Shown here one piece after another: positions 10,318 through 22,100 of a stretch of 32,000 nt of DNA. Each line of letters starts with the position of its first letter. The stretch's first letter is position 1. Made by a program: the position numbers and the translations under genes. The stretch is from Anaerolinea thermophila UNI-1 (GTDB lineage Bacteria; Chloroflexota; Anaerolineae; Anaerolineales; Anaerolineaceae). Under the pieces are notes generated by a model. That model had not been told where the DNA came from. It saw nothing but the letters and a program-made list of their open reading frames with translations, and made no database searches. The stretch is taken from NCBI RefSeq assembly GCF_000199675.1, contig NC_014960.1, positions 1,356,101 through 1,388,100 of the forward strand, given 5' to 3'.

Positions 10318-11563
10318 GATGGGCAAACAGGCGCGATGGGCGGGCAGGAAACTTGCGAGCGTGGCTTCTGAACAGCGGACAGAGGCTTTGAGTATATTGT
10401 CTGAGAAGTTGTTGGAACATGCAGAGGAGATTCTGGAGGGCAACGGTCAGGATGTCCAGCGAGCCCGAGAGTTGGGGCTTTCTGAAGCCATGCTGGATCG
10501 TCTTTTGCTCAACCCTTCTCGTTTACAAGGGATGAGCGATGATCTCCGGCGGGTAGCGCATTTACCGGACCCTCTCGAGGAAATCTTTGAAGAAAGGGTA
10601 TTGCCTAACGGATTACGTTTGCATAAGCGAAGAGTCCCGTTGGGAGTGTTAGGGGTGATTTATGAATCACGCCCAAATGTGACGGTAGATGTGGTAGGGC
10701 TGGCGATTAAGTCAGGGAACGCAGTCATTTTGCGCGGTGGCTCCGAGACTATAGAAAGCAATCGGGCTCTGATTCGGGTGATTCATCAGGCGCTAATGGA
10801 GGCAGGATTGCCTGAGAATTGTGTTCAGTGGATTGATGATCCCGACCGAAAGTACGTATATGAACTTCTGCAGTTGGATGAATTTGTTGACTTAATCATT
10901 CCGCGAGGTGGTGCCTCATTGCACGAGTTTTGCCGCAAGAACAGTCGGATTCCGGTGATTACGGGGGGTATAGGGATTTGCCATCTCTTCGTGGAAGAAA
11001 GTGCTGATTTAGAAAAATCGTTGCCGGTGATTCTTAATGCCAAGGTGCAGCGTCCAACAGTTTGCAATGCGCTGGATACTTTACTGGTCCAGCGGTCTAT
11101 TGCGGATATATTCTTGCCTGAAGTTGTGAGGCTCCTTGGGGATGCAGGTGTCTCTTTTAAAGTGGATGAAATTGCGTGGGATATTCTTAAGGACTATCAG
11201 GGGATAAGAATATCACGTGCCCAACCGGAAGATTTTGATACAGAATGGTTGAGCCTGATTTTAGGGATTCGTGTCGTAAATGATCTGGAAGAAGCCATTG
11301 AGCATATTGCACAGCACAGCACCGGTCATTCAGATGGCATTCTAACTCAGAACACGGCGCTGGCAGAGAAGTTTGTCCAGAGAGTGGACTCGGCGGCAGT
11401 ATATGTGAATGCCAGCACCCGTTTCACCGATGGGGGACAGTTCGGTTTAGGTGCAGAGGTTGCCATCTCTACACAAAGAATTCATGCCAGAGGACCAATG
11501 GGACTTAGAGAGTTAACCACCTACAAATGGGTGGTTGAGGGGATGTACCATGTACGCTCCTGA
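10298..11563 (+). CDS. proA: gamma-glutamyl phosphate reductase
   Basis: 421-aa aldehyde-dehydrogenase fold with VIYESRPNVTVD, ILRGGSE and the catalytic VCNALDTLLV. It overlaps proB by 20 nt. The alternative ATG at 10304 is possible. Confidence 0.9.
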   Translation: MNMNLHEMGKQARWAGRKLASVASEQRTEALSILSEKLLEHAEEILEGNGQDVQRARELGLSEAMLDRLLLNPSRLQGMSDDLRRVAHLPDPLEEIFEERVLPNGLRLHKRRVPLGVLGVIYESRPNVTVDVVGLAIKSGNAVILRGGSETIESNRALIRVIHQALMEAGLPENCVQWIDDPDRKYVYELLQLDEFVDLIIPRGGASLHEFCRKNSRIPVITGGIGICHLFVEESADLEKSLPVILNAKVQRPTVCNALDTLLVQRSIADIFLPEVVRLLGDAGVSFKVDEIAWDILKDYQGIRISRAQPEDFDTEWLSLILGIRVVNDLEEAIEHIAQHSTGHSDGILTQNTALAEKFVQRVDSAAVYVNASTRFTDGGQFGLGAEVAISTQRIHARGPMGLRELTTYKWVVEGMYHVRS

Positions 11564-11577
11564 GGAGAGATGGAAAC

Positions 11578-12795
11578 TTAGCCTTGAGAGAGCGTCAGAC
11601 TGAGTTGCTTTGCCGTTTGGCCGATGATTTGCTCCAGGGTCTCCCGAAGGTTGAGGTTGGGATTGCGCATGAACGACATCCATACCTGATAGAGTGCCAT
11701 CTTAAGACGATCCTCCACGATGCCCCAAAGTGGCACACTGGGGAAAGGTCGTCCTGCTTTAAGAGATTCGATCATGGCTTGGGCAGCGGGGTCAGACTGG
11801 TAATCCTCCAGGTTAAGCGTTTTGATTCTTGTAGGGAGCATTCCTGCACCCCGTCCATAATAAATTTGCGATGCCGGGCTGGTCAGGAAGCGCACCAGTT
11901 CCAGGGCGGCTTGTTCACGCCGGCTTTCCCGCCAGATGACCAGATTGGAACCACCTACAAACGGAATACCCGGGATGCGCGCTGTAGCCAGTTGTTCGTA
12001 AATTTCTGGGCGGGTTGCTTCAGTGCGGTTTCGTAACCATAACGCACCCAACCCGATTGCGGCATACCCTTGATGGAGTGCGCCATAGACATCCAGCGAA
12101 TCGAGCAGTTGTAAGCCTTCAACAGTAGCCGTTTTCAGGAGATTGAAAAAGGCTTCCATGCCGTTATAGGCTTCTGGAGAAGTGAGAAGAATTTTCTTCC
12201 CATCTGTCGAGACAAAATCTCCGCCAAACCGCCAGATCCACGAAGCCAGGGCTTGGAGTAATACCGTGTTACTGTTCTTGCCAGGTAATGCAACGGGTAT
12301 AGGAATGCCAATGGCTTGAAGCGCCTCGGCTGTCTTTTGGAATTGAGGGAGTGTGCTGAATGCAGTGGATGGATCTAATCCAGCCTTTGCCAGTAAATCT
12401 TTACGGTAATGTACCAGAATGCTCTCAGCAAGCCATGGAATCGACCATACGGTATCTGTTTTACCTGCTAGATGTGTGCTTTCCCATGCCGCAGGAAGGA
12501 AGTCTCCCACCTGGGTCATGGATTCGATTTCGTTTGGGGAGAAAGGTCGTAGAGCGTTCATGGCAATCAGATCACTGGTCCAGGTTGTGCCCACTTCAGA
12601 CACATCTGGGGAATTATGGTAGATGGCATACCGTACCAGTTCACTGCGTCCGTTCTGCCATCCAATGAGATTGACATTGACCCGAATATTTTGCTGATGA
12701 TAAAACTGGTCCAGTAATGGCTTGAGGTAAGTCATCGTGTCTGGACCGCGATCCATGATAGAGAGGTTGAGTTCGGCCATTGTTAACGCTCCCAA
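11578..12795 (-). CDS. family-1 (sugar-type) ABC solute-binding protein homologue lacking a signal peptide; orphan
   Basis: The 405-aa ORF begins directly at the first beta-strand region of SBP_bac_1 proteins (LNLSIMDRGPDTMTYLKPLLDQFYHQQNIRVNVNLIGW). There is no hydrophobic N-terminus or lipobox. The likely start is ATG 12780 (GGGAG 8 nt upstream) rather than 12795. No permease or ATPase genes are adjacent. Confidence 0.7.
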   Translation of the reverse strand: MGALTMAELNLSIMDRGPDTMTYLKPLLDQFYHQQNIRVNVNLIGWQNGRSELVRYAIYHNSPDVSEVGTTWTSDLIAMNALRPFSPNEIESMTQVGDFLPAAWESTHLAGKTDTVWSIPWLAESILVHYRKDLLAKAGLDPSTAFSTLPQFQKTAEALQAIGIPIPVALPGKNSNTVLLQALASWIWRFGGDFVSTDGKKILLTSPEAYNGMEAFFNLLKTATVEGLQLLDSLDVYGALHQGYAAIGLGALWLRNRTEATRPEIYEQLATARIPGIPFVGGSNLVIWRESRREQAALELVRFLTSPASQIYYGRGAGMLPTRIKTLNLEDYQSDPAAQAMIESLKAGRPFPSVPLWGIVEDRLKMALYQVWMSFMRNPNLNLRETLEQIIGQTAKQLSLTLSQG

Positions 12796-12874
12796 CCAGT
12801 TCGTTGTATATATTCTATATCAAGTTGGGGAAAAATCAACGGAGAAAATACCGATCCAGTTTTGGCAAATTTCC

Positions 12875-12903
12875 TTGCCATCCCCGAGGGTGTAGGGTAA
12901 AAT
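12875..12903 (+). promoter_or_regulatory. candidate promoter of tRNA-Pro (TTGCCA-17 nt-TAAAAT)
   Basis: -35 at 12875-12880, a 17-nt spacer, and -10 at 12898-12903. The tRNA 5' end is 11 nt downstream. Confidence 0.4.
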
Positions 12904-12914
12904 AAGTTCAGTTT

Positions 12915-12989
12915 CGGGGCGTGGCTCAGCCCGGATAGAGCGCACGGTTCGGGTCCGTGAGGTCGGCGGTTCAAATCCGCCCGCCCCGA
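12915..12989 (+). tRNA. tRNA-Pro (anticodon CGG)
   Basis: Manual cloverleaf fold. Acceptor stem CGGGGCG/CGCCCCG, D arm GCTC-AGCCCGGATA-GAGC, anticodon arm CACGG-TTCGGGT-CCGTG (anticodon CGG), T arm GGCGG-TTCAAAT-CCGCC, discriminator A. CCA is not encoded. Confidence 0.9.
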
Positions 12990-12994
12990 CAGCA

Positions 12995-13027
12995 GGCGAG
13001 GGTGTTTTCCACATCCTCGCCTTTTTT
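12995..13027 (+). terminator. rho-independent terminator of tRNA-Pro
   Basis: GGCGAGG(GTG)...(CAT)CCTCGCC stem of 7-10 bp followed by TTTTTT (13022-13027). Confidence 0.75.
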
Positions 13028-13071
13028 GTTGGCGAATCATATTAGTTACCTAGTGACTGAGTAATCAAAAC

Positions 13072-13103
13072 ATATTTATCCACGCCTCCGCGAGGGAGGC
13101 GAC
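13072..13103 (-). repeat. degenerate terminal (oldest, leader-distal) repeat
   Basis: ATATTTATCCACGCC... versus the consensus GTTTCAATCCACGCC...: 4 mismatches, all in the first 6 + strand bases. Confidence 0.9.
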
Positions 13104-16100
13104 CATATAGGCCCACCCACCCCCTTTCAATCTTCGAGGTTTCAATCCACGCCTCCGCGAGGGAGGCGACTCATTTCAATCTCCTTTCTAGTTCTTCATA
13201 AAGAGTTTCAATCCACGCCTCCGCGAGGGAGGCGACATGTTTTCCCTCCCTGATTGATCAGATTCCAGTTTCAATCCACGCCTCCGCGAGGGAGGCGACA
13301 CTCAGTATTCCGACTGGTGAGATACCGCCACAGGGCTGTTTCAATCCACGCCTCCGCGAGGGAGGCGACATTATTGCACCATTATTTGCTGACATCTGTC
13401 GTGTTTCAATCCACGCCTCCGCGAGGGAGGCGACTTTGCTTTTGCTGCGGCTTTCATCAGCGATTCCCGTTTCAATCCACGCCTCCGCGAGGGAGGCGAC
13501 CCCGAAGAGCCGAAATACACGCCGGAGCAAATCTACGTTTCAATCCACGCCTCCGCGAGGGAGGCGACAAGCAGATAGCAGGAGGATGAATGGCAACGGT
13601 AGAGTTTCAATCCACGCCTCCGCGAGGGAGGCGACGCAACGAATCAATCCGCGCCACCGGCGGCGCATTAGTTTCAATCCACGCCTCCGCGAGGGAGGCG
13701 ACGTGGAGCGTGAAGAGGGTGCGGATTCGGTGACCGTGTTTCAATCCACGCCTCCGCGAGGGAGGCGACTACATGAGTTGGTACAACCAGTTGCCGTTAC
13801 CCGTTTCAATCCACGCCTCCGCGAGGGAGGCGACCGTGTACTCTAACCAGCGCACCGCCGCCACCTTTGTTTCAATCCACGCCTCCGCGAGGGAGGCGAC
13901 ACCCGGAAGGTTTCACCGCCGCCAGGAGTGCGTTGTTTCAATCCACGCCTCCGCGAGGGAGGCGACTGTAGAGTGCTGGAATTGTGCACCTTTCAAAGTG
14001 TTTCAATCCACGCCTCCGCGAGGGAGGCGACACGATAGAGAAAAACTGATTGTTTTTGAAAAGGAGTTTCAATCCACGCCTCCGCGAGGGAGGCGACAAT
14101 CGTTATCGTGCCGTTGTCCGTTCTCATGAAGTTTCAATCCACGCCTCCGCGAGGGAGGCGACGATGATCATTGGCTCAATTGTCCGCTACATGCGGTTTC
14201 AATCCACGCCTCCGCGAGGGAGGCGACATTTTTCCTCCATTTCATCAGTTCCTGATAGAGGTTTCAATCCACGCCTCCGCGAGGGAGGCGACAAGCCGCA
14301 ACGCGCCTCGCGCCCGCCCGTTCCAAGTTTCAATCCACGCCTCCGCGAGGGAGGCGACATTACCACCATGCGCAGCCGGACTGAGTATGTGCGTTTCAAT
14401 CCACGCCTCCGCGAGGGAGGCGACGTACACCGCGCGCAATTATTCCACTTCCATCCCATGTTTCAATCCACGCCTCCGCGAGGGAGGCGACGCAAGTGTT
14501 GATTCGTTCATTTCATTTCTCCTCGTTTCAATCCACGCCTCCGCGAGGGAGGCGACAAGGCCGTGGCTCATACGATTACGAAGCCATAGCGTTTCAATCC
14601 ACGCCTCCGCGAGGGAGGCGACTCCTTTAGAATCTTCAAAATCTCTTGTACATCTTCCTGTTTCAATCCACGCCTCCGCGAGGGAGGCGACATAGAATGG
14701 AGGATATTAGAGCAATTACCAATCACTGTTTCAATCCACGCCTCCGCGAGGGAGGCGACTGAGAGATTCATGATGTCATGCTTACTGGTGGTATGTTTCA
14801 ATCCACGCCTCCGCGAGGGAGGCGACGGATTGCTCCCGTCAGGAACAAGATTACAGAATTTGTTTCAATCCACGCCTCCGCGAGGGAGGCGACGCGAATA
14901 TTACGCCATGAGCCTTTAGCGTTTGGTGTTTCAATCCACGCCTCCGCGAGGGAGGCGACGCGCATAATACTCGCCATTAGTCATCTCCTCGACAGTTTCA
15001 ATCCACGCCTCCGCGAGGGAGGCGACCGGCTGGCGGCTGAAAAATACGGCAGATTATTTGTTTCAATCCACGCCTCCGCGAGGGAGGCGACCCTGATTGA
15101 GTTTGACCAGTTGGAAACGTTTACGGTTTCAATCCACGCCTCCGCGAGGGAGGCGACATCCCTTTTCGCGCCCAGCCTGGTGCCAATCACTTTGTTTCAA
15201 TCCACGCCTCCGCGAGGGAGGCGACTGTACTCGTATTGTTGCGCTGGCTTATACGTCACTGTTTCAATCCACGCCTCCGCGAGGGAGGCGACTTGCGCAA
15301 TAACCCGCATAATCCCGGCCGAACCGGGTTTCAATCCACGCCTCCGCGAGGGAGGCGACGGGGGAAAAATTGCAGTCATTGACACTGAGCGCGGTTTCAA
15401 TCCACGCCTCCGCGAGGGAGGCGACCAAAAAGCGTTGGCAAAGTTTGAGTTGTCCGTTGTTTCAATCCACGCCTCCGCGAGGGAGGCGACTGCCCGCATC
15501 ATGAATCCTGATGCCTTCCGTGCGCTGTTTCAATCCACGCCTCCGCGAGGGAGGCGACGCCGGTGTAAGCCTTTCCGTTATGATCCGGACTGAGCATGTT
15601 TCAATCCACGCCTCCGCGAGGGAGGCGACTATGAGTGATGTTCTACCTTTGGATTTGCAGAACGGTTTCAATCCACGCCTCCGCGAGGGAGGCGACTGCG
15701 GTTGCGCTATCAAGTAAACGGCTTATCAGGGTTTCAATCCACGCCTCCGCGAGGGAGGCGACGAGAATAATCAACCATTTCTATCACACACTCTGGAAGT
15801 TTCAATCCACGCCTCCGCGAGGGAGGCGACTGAAGGTTATGCAGCGGTGTTCAATCAGTGGAGTGTTTCAATCCACGCCTCCGCGAGGGAGGCGACTGCT
15901 TTGCTACGAGTTTCTCTCCGCCCTCCGCAAGTTTCAATCCACGCCTCCGCGAGGGAGGCGACAGATGACGCTCAACCCCAGCGCGGTCTGCTTCAGGTTT
16001 CAATCCACGCCTCCGCGAGGGAGGCGACCGTAAGCCTCGCGTGACGCAAAAGCATCCACGTAAGTTTCAATCCACGCCTCCGCGAGGGAGGCGACACCGT

Positions 16101-19100
16101 CCGGGAGCGGATTCAGTTCTTCCAGTTCACGTTTCAATCCACGCCTCCGCGAGGGAGGCGACAGTATTGGTGATTGACTCCCTCTCTCATGCATGGGTTT
16201 CAATCCACGCCTCCGCGAGGGAGGCGACTGTACTAATACAAACCCTGGCTCTGCATTGTTGCCGTTTCAATCCACGCCTCCGCGAGGGAGGCGACCTCGT
16301 TCATATTATGTTCCTCCCGTTTACTCAAAGTTTCAATCCACGCCTCCGCGAGGGAGGCGACAAGCGTGTATAAACACCTGGCGCGCCATTACGAAGTTTC
16401 AATCCACGCCTCCGCGAGGGAGGCGACGTCGAGATCAGCAATCATGTGCGGAGGAACGCGGTTTCAATCCACGCCTCCGCGAGGGAGGCGACAAACCGAC
16501 CGCTGGTATGAGCAGGACGGGCAGATGTTTCAATCCACGCCTCCGCGAGGGAGGCGACCTTCAATGCGCACAAGGCTGGCTTTGATGTCACTCGTTTCAA
16601 TCCACGCCTCCGCGAGGGAGGCGACTCAACTTCTCCAGCTCTTTCATCGGCGCGCTCATGGTTTCAATCCACGCCTCCGCGAGGGAGGCGACTATGACGG
16701 ATGAGCAATGGCAAAGGCACAAAGTGTTTCAATCCACGCCTCCGCGAGGGAGGCGACGTGAAGTTTATAAACTCCGTACTTTGCAGTTTGGTTTCAATCC
16801 ACGCCTCCGCGAGGGAGGCGACGGAGGTGCAGAGTGACTTATCATCCGGTGAGCCTGTTTCAATCCACGCCTCCGCGAGGGAGGCGACTATCCATGATTC
16901 CAGCGCTCACCAATTGCACAACAGTTTCAATCCACGCCTCCGCGAGGGAGGCGACTCACCTTATACCCGCACGTGCCAGAGAAAAATAACGGTTTCAATC
17001 CACGCCTCCGCGAGGGAGGCGACTTTCTGGAACCCAACCTCATAGAAGTAGAGTTGACCAGTTTCAATCCACGCCTCCGCGAGGGAGGCGACACGGGGCA
17101 ATCATTGACGAGTTGCATGCTCATAGTTTCAATCCACGCCTCCGCGAGGGAGGCGACGGCGCGCGGTTCTCGTCGTCAGCCGTTGCAATTTGTTTCAATC
17201 CACGCCTCCGCGAGGGAGGCGACGTACCGCCTCCAACACTTCGCCGAATTTCGTCTAGTTTCAATCCACGCCTCCGCGAGGGAGGCGACAGGCGGTTATT
17301 TCATCCCGCAAAACCTTTATGGTGTTTCAATCCACGCCTCCGCGAGGGAGGCGACGTTCATGCCTTCACCTTGACATTCTCCCCAAAGAGTTTCAATCCA
17401 CGCCTCCGCGAGGGAGGCGACAACAATCTGCCGATGTTGTCGAATATACTGCGCCGTTTCAATCCACGCCTCCGCGAGGGAGGCGACAGAGCAACGGGTG
17501 ATGTATTATAAGCAGGTGTGCGTTTCAATCCACGCCTCCGCGAGGGAGGCGACTCTTACTCCAGCACTGGCGTATCAGTCACTTGTTTCAATCCACGCCT
17601 CCGCGAGGGAGGCGACTCGAGTTCGTTGGGTCGAACAAATGTCAGTTCTTGTTTCAATCCACGCCTCCGCGAGGGAGGCGACTTCACCAGATCGCGGTGT
17701 TCCAGCCAGTCCTGCGGTTTCAATCCACGCCTCCGCGAGGGAGGCGACGCGCCAGTTTGCGTCATACCCACGGGATGCAGCAGTTTCAATCCACGCCTCC
17801 GCGAGGGAGGCGACCATACTGAGTATTCGGCAGAGTGATTTTGATACGCGTTTCAATCCACGCCTCCGCGAGGGAGGCGACCCTCGAACCGCCACCTACG
17901 GTGACATCATGGTCTGGGTTTCAATCCACGCCTCCGCGAGGGAGGCGACAACCTGATAGCGGTCGTCTTCTGCTTCCGGAGGGAGTTTCAATCCACGCCT
18001 CCGCGAGGGAGGCGACAGCCCAAGACTTACCAAGAGCCTGAGACATCGGATGTTTCAATCCACGCCTCCGCGAGGGAGGCGACGACCTGCCCATACTGTC
18101 AGTCAATGGACGGGAAAAGTTTCAATCCACGCCTCCGCGAGGGAGGCGACCCTGATAGCGGTCGTCTTCTGCTTCCGGAGGGGTTTCAATCCACGCCTCC
18201 GCGAGGGAGGCGACATCGAATTGCTCGCGTCCGCATATCTTGCAGACGTGTTTCAATCCACGCCTCCGCGAGGGAGGCGACTCTTGCGGCTGTGACACGA
18301 CTTGCATAATGGTTGTGTTTCAATCCACGCCTCCGCGAGGGAGGCGACGTACTTCACTGCAGGCTCAACCCAGGCCGTCAGTTTCAATCCACGCCTCCGC
18401 GAGGGAGGCGACATTTCATCGCCGGTTTCAAAGTCAACGCAAGGTTTCAATCCACGCCTCCGCGAGGGAGGCGACGTGATGTTGATCAGATGTCGTTTGG
18501 CTTTGCAGTCGTTTCAATCCACGCCTCCGCGAGGGAGGCGACGTTGTATGCCCGCAAGGATGCAACCGACCAGTTGAGTTTCAATCCACGCCTCCGCGAG
18601 GGAGGCGACCAGCGAGCGCGATGCTGCTTTGCTCATTGTTCTTGGTTTCAATCCACGCCTCCGCGAGGGAGGCGACGCGCAGAGTACTGCGCATGACGAA
18701 TCAGTACGGGTGTTTCAATCCACGCCTCCGCGAGGGAGGCGACCAAGGCGGCACGGGCGCTGCTGCGGTTGTATCGAGTTTCAATCCACGCCTCCGCGAG
18801 GGAGGCGACGGTGTGACGCGAAGGATTTTTATCGTTGGGTTGATGTTTCAATCCACGCCTCCGCGAGGGAGGCGACCTCAGGTCGGAAGCGGCCAATTTG
18901 CGCAAACGGTTGTTTCAATCCACGCCTCCGCGAGGGAGGCGACTTGGGGAGGTGTTTCGATTTTCGGTTTTGTTATCAGTTTCAATCCACGCCTCCGCGA
19001 GGGAGGCGACCACTCCTGCTTGCGCTTGTCGTTCCAGCCGAACGGTTTCAATCCACGCCTCCGCGAGGGAGGCGACGAAACACACCTCCGGTCAGATCAA

Positions 19101-22100
19101 TCCAGCGCGCGTTTCAATCCACGCCTCCGCGAGGGAGGCGACGCGCTAACCCGTAAATTACCGCTCCAAACCAATCGGAGTTTCAATCCACGCCTCCGCG
19201 AGGGAGGCGACGCCAGATTTGACACCCAAACACCGCATCAAGTACGGTTTCAATCCACGCCTCCGCGAGGGAGGCGACCAGGACATATTGAGAACATCAA
19301 AGGTACTCTTCAGTTTCAATCCACGCCTCCGCGAGGGAGGCGACCGTGATATTTTGCGAGTTACAGCACGCCGCACTGTTTCAATCCACGCCTCCGCGAG
19401 GGAGGCGACGACATGCGAAATGCAGGCTACGAATTACTGCAATGTTTCAATCCACGCCTCCGCGAGGGAGGCGACAAAAACCAGCAACCGATGCACAAAG
19501 CGACAGGATGGTTTCAATCCACGCCTCCGCGAGGGAGGCGACCGGGCTGAAGCAGACCTCTGAGGCTGCCTGGCAGTTTCAATCCACGCCTCCGCGAGGG
19601 AGGCGACGAGTAATTCTGTCGGAATTGAAAACACTATTGACAGGTTTCAATCCACGCCTCCGCGAGGGAGGCGACTAGACGATCATCTAGCAATCCATAG
19701 CAGTTATCACGTTTCAATCCACGCCTCCGCGAGGGAGGCGACATGCAACGGTTGCCTACATGCTACAAAAAATCGTTGTTTCAATCCACGCCTCCGCGAG
19801 GGAGGCGACCTACGACGGGCAGTAATGTTTCGGGCTTTGCTACCGTTTCAATCCACGCCTCCGCGAGGGAGGCGACGTGTTGTGGCCAGACGATGAGGCA
19901 GAAAAATGCGCGTTTCAATCCACGCCTCCGCGAGGGAGGCGACGACTTAGCGTCTACCGGGAGGGCTTCTTTCTGAGGTTTCAATCCACGCCTCCGCGAG
20001 GGAGGCGACTTCATACAGCACCTATTTACACGCCGTAATAGTTACGTTTCAATCCACGCCTCCGCGAGGGAGGCGACAAGGATACAGTAAAAAACTCTCC
20101 ATTATATAATAGTTTCAATCCACGCCTCCGCGAGGGAGGCGACTTCGTACCAGCGATCTCTTGCCGTCTCGAACCCGTTTCAATCCACGCCTCCGCGAGG
20201 GAGGCGACCCGGGGAAATGTTACCGACAATAGCCTTAACTGCAAGTTTCAATCCACGCCTCCGCGAGGGAGGCGACATCGACAAGATTTGGGCATCCTGG
20301 TATCAAACACGTTTCAATCCACGCCTCCGCGAGGGAGGCGACCTCTTACCCGTGACAGTATAACTTCCAAGTGTCGTTTCAATCCACGCCTCCGCGAGGG
20401 AGGCGACGCCTTATCACAAACGCCAGCGCACACAATAGCAAGTTTCAATCCACGCCTCCGCGAGGGAGGCGACAATAGCAAGAACACTACTACAATCAAA
20501 AAGGCTAAGTTTCAATCCACGCCTCCGCGAGGGAGGCGACAAGGTTGTCAATATGCCGATAAATCACATCATCAGGTTTCAATCCACGCCTCCGCGAGGG
20601 AGGCGACCCGGCCTCTGCGCTGATGTTCGTTGGCGACTGGTCGTTTCAATCCACGCCTCCGCGAGGGAGGCGACGTGGTCTGGTTCTCGCTGATCAACCA
20701 TGATGGCCGTTTCAATCCACGCCTCCGCGAGGGAGGCGACTTTGCTATTACTGTTCTTGCTAGTGTTGACAAAAACAGTTTCAATCCACGCCTCCGCGAG
20801 GGAGGCGACTCGGGTCACTGTTGCTGGCGATATTTTTGAATCGTTTCAATCCACGCCTCCGCGAGGGAGGCGACCTCGATGCGGCCTGGCGAGCTATCGA
20901 CACCCACGTTTCAATCCACGCCTCCGCGAGGGAGGCGACATCTCCGACGTTGTCGCACATCTCTATCAATGTCGTTTCAATCCACGCCTCCGCGAGGGAG
21001 GCGACGGCAGTACGCAGGATGACGGGAGTGACTGTCAGTGTTTCAATCCACGCCTCCGCGAGGGAGGCGACCCAGGTAAGGCTTCTTCTGGATCAGGGCT
21101 TTGAGTTTCAATCCACGCCTCCGCGAGGGAGGCGACAAGTATCCCTCTGATTTAGGAACGCCCCATCTGTGTTTCAATCCACGCCTCCGCGAGGGAGGCG
21201 ACCATCCCTGACGCCGAGTCCGTCGAGAGTCTTTCAATTGTTTCAATCCACGCCTCCGCGAGGGAGGCGACCTGAATCTGAAAATCAAATAGATAGCTGA
21301 TGGGAGTTTCAATCCACGCCTCCGCGAGGGAGGCGACTAGTCTGTAACTGTTCGGCAAAAACGACATCCTCGTTTCAATCCACGCCTCCGCGAGGGAGGC
21401 GACCCCGCCCGCTTATCCAAACGAGCCGATAGGCTTGTTTCAATCCACGCCTCCGCGAGGGAGGCGACGTACGACCCCTACGGTGCGGCAGCCGATCTGC
21501 TGTGTTTCAATCCACGCCTCCGCGAGGGAGGCGACCAAAACATATAACCAAAAGGAGACCAACCAAAATGTTTCAATCCACGCCTCCGCGAGGGAGGCGA
21601 CAGGATGACCGGCTGCAAATCTCCGGTACTCAGTATGTTTCAATCCACGCCTCCGCGAGGGAGGCGACACTTGAGCAGGGACCGCCTCTACAAATTTGCG
21701 TTTCAATCCACGCCTCCGCGAGGGAGGCGACTCACTGCACTGTTCGCAGCTTTGTCCTGTGCAGTGTTTCAATCCACGCCTCCGCGAGGGAGGCGACAAA
21801 CCATTCTCGAACGGAACAGAATTCGCTGATTGGTTTCAATCCACGCCTCCGCGAGGGAGGCGACACCGCTACCTCAACGCCGCGGTTCCTGCCCTGGTGG
21901 TTTCAATCCACGCCTCCGCGAGGGAGGCGACGCCTTCCCATACCCGTTTGATCATTTCAAACAGGTTTCAATCCACGCCTCCGCGAGGGAGGCGACGAGC
22001 CATGTATCTGTACTTCGTGCTACTCAATAAGTTTCAATCCACGCCTCCGCGAGGGAGGCGACTGCACATCGAGCGACCGCTCGATTTGGTCATCACTGTT

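Noticed and set aside
12783-13040. Minus-strand ORFs 12783-13040 and 12820-13014.
   Set aside because: They lie antisense over the tRNA-Pro gene and its terminator and are not credible CDS.
13835-13934. Adjacent spacers 12 and 13 share the 11 nt CACCGCCGCCA. Similarly, 9-10-nt inverted matches occur between neighbours at 24662-24763 and 26314-26413.
   Set aside because: The flanks diverge immediately, the shared motif is GC-rich and low in complexity, and matches of this length are expected somewhere among ~25,000 spacer pairs. This is not evidence of a common protospacer.
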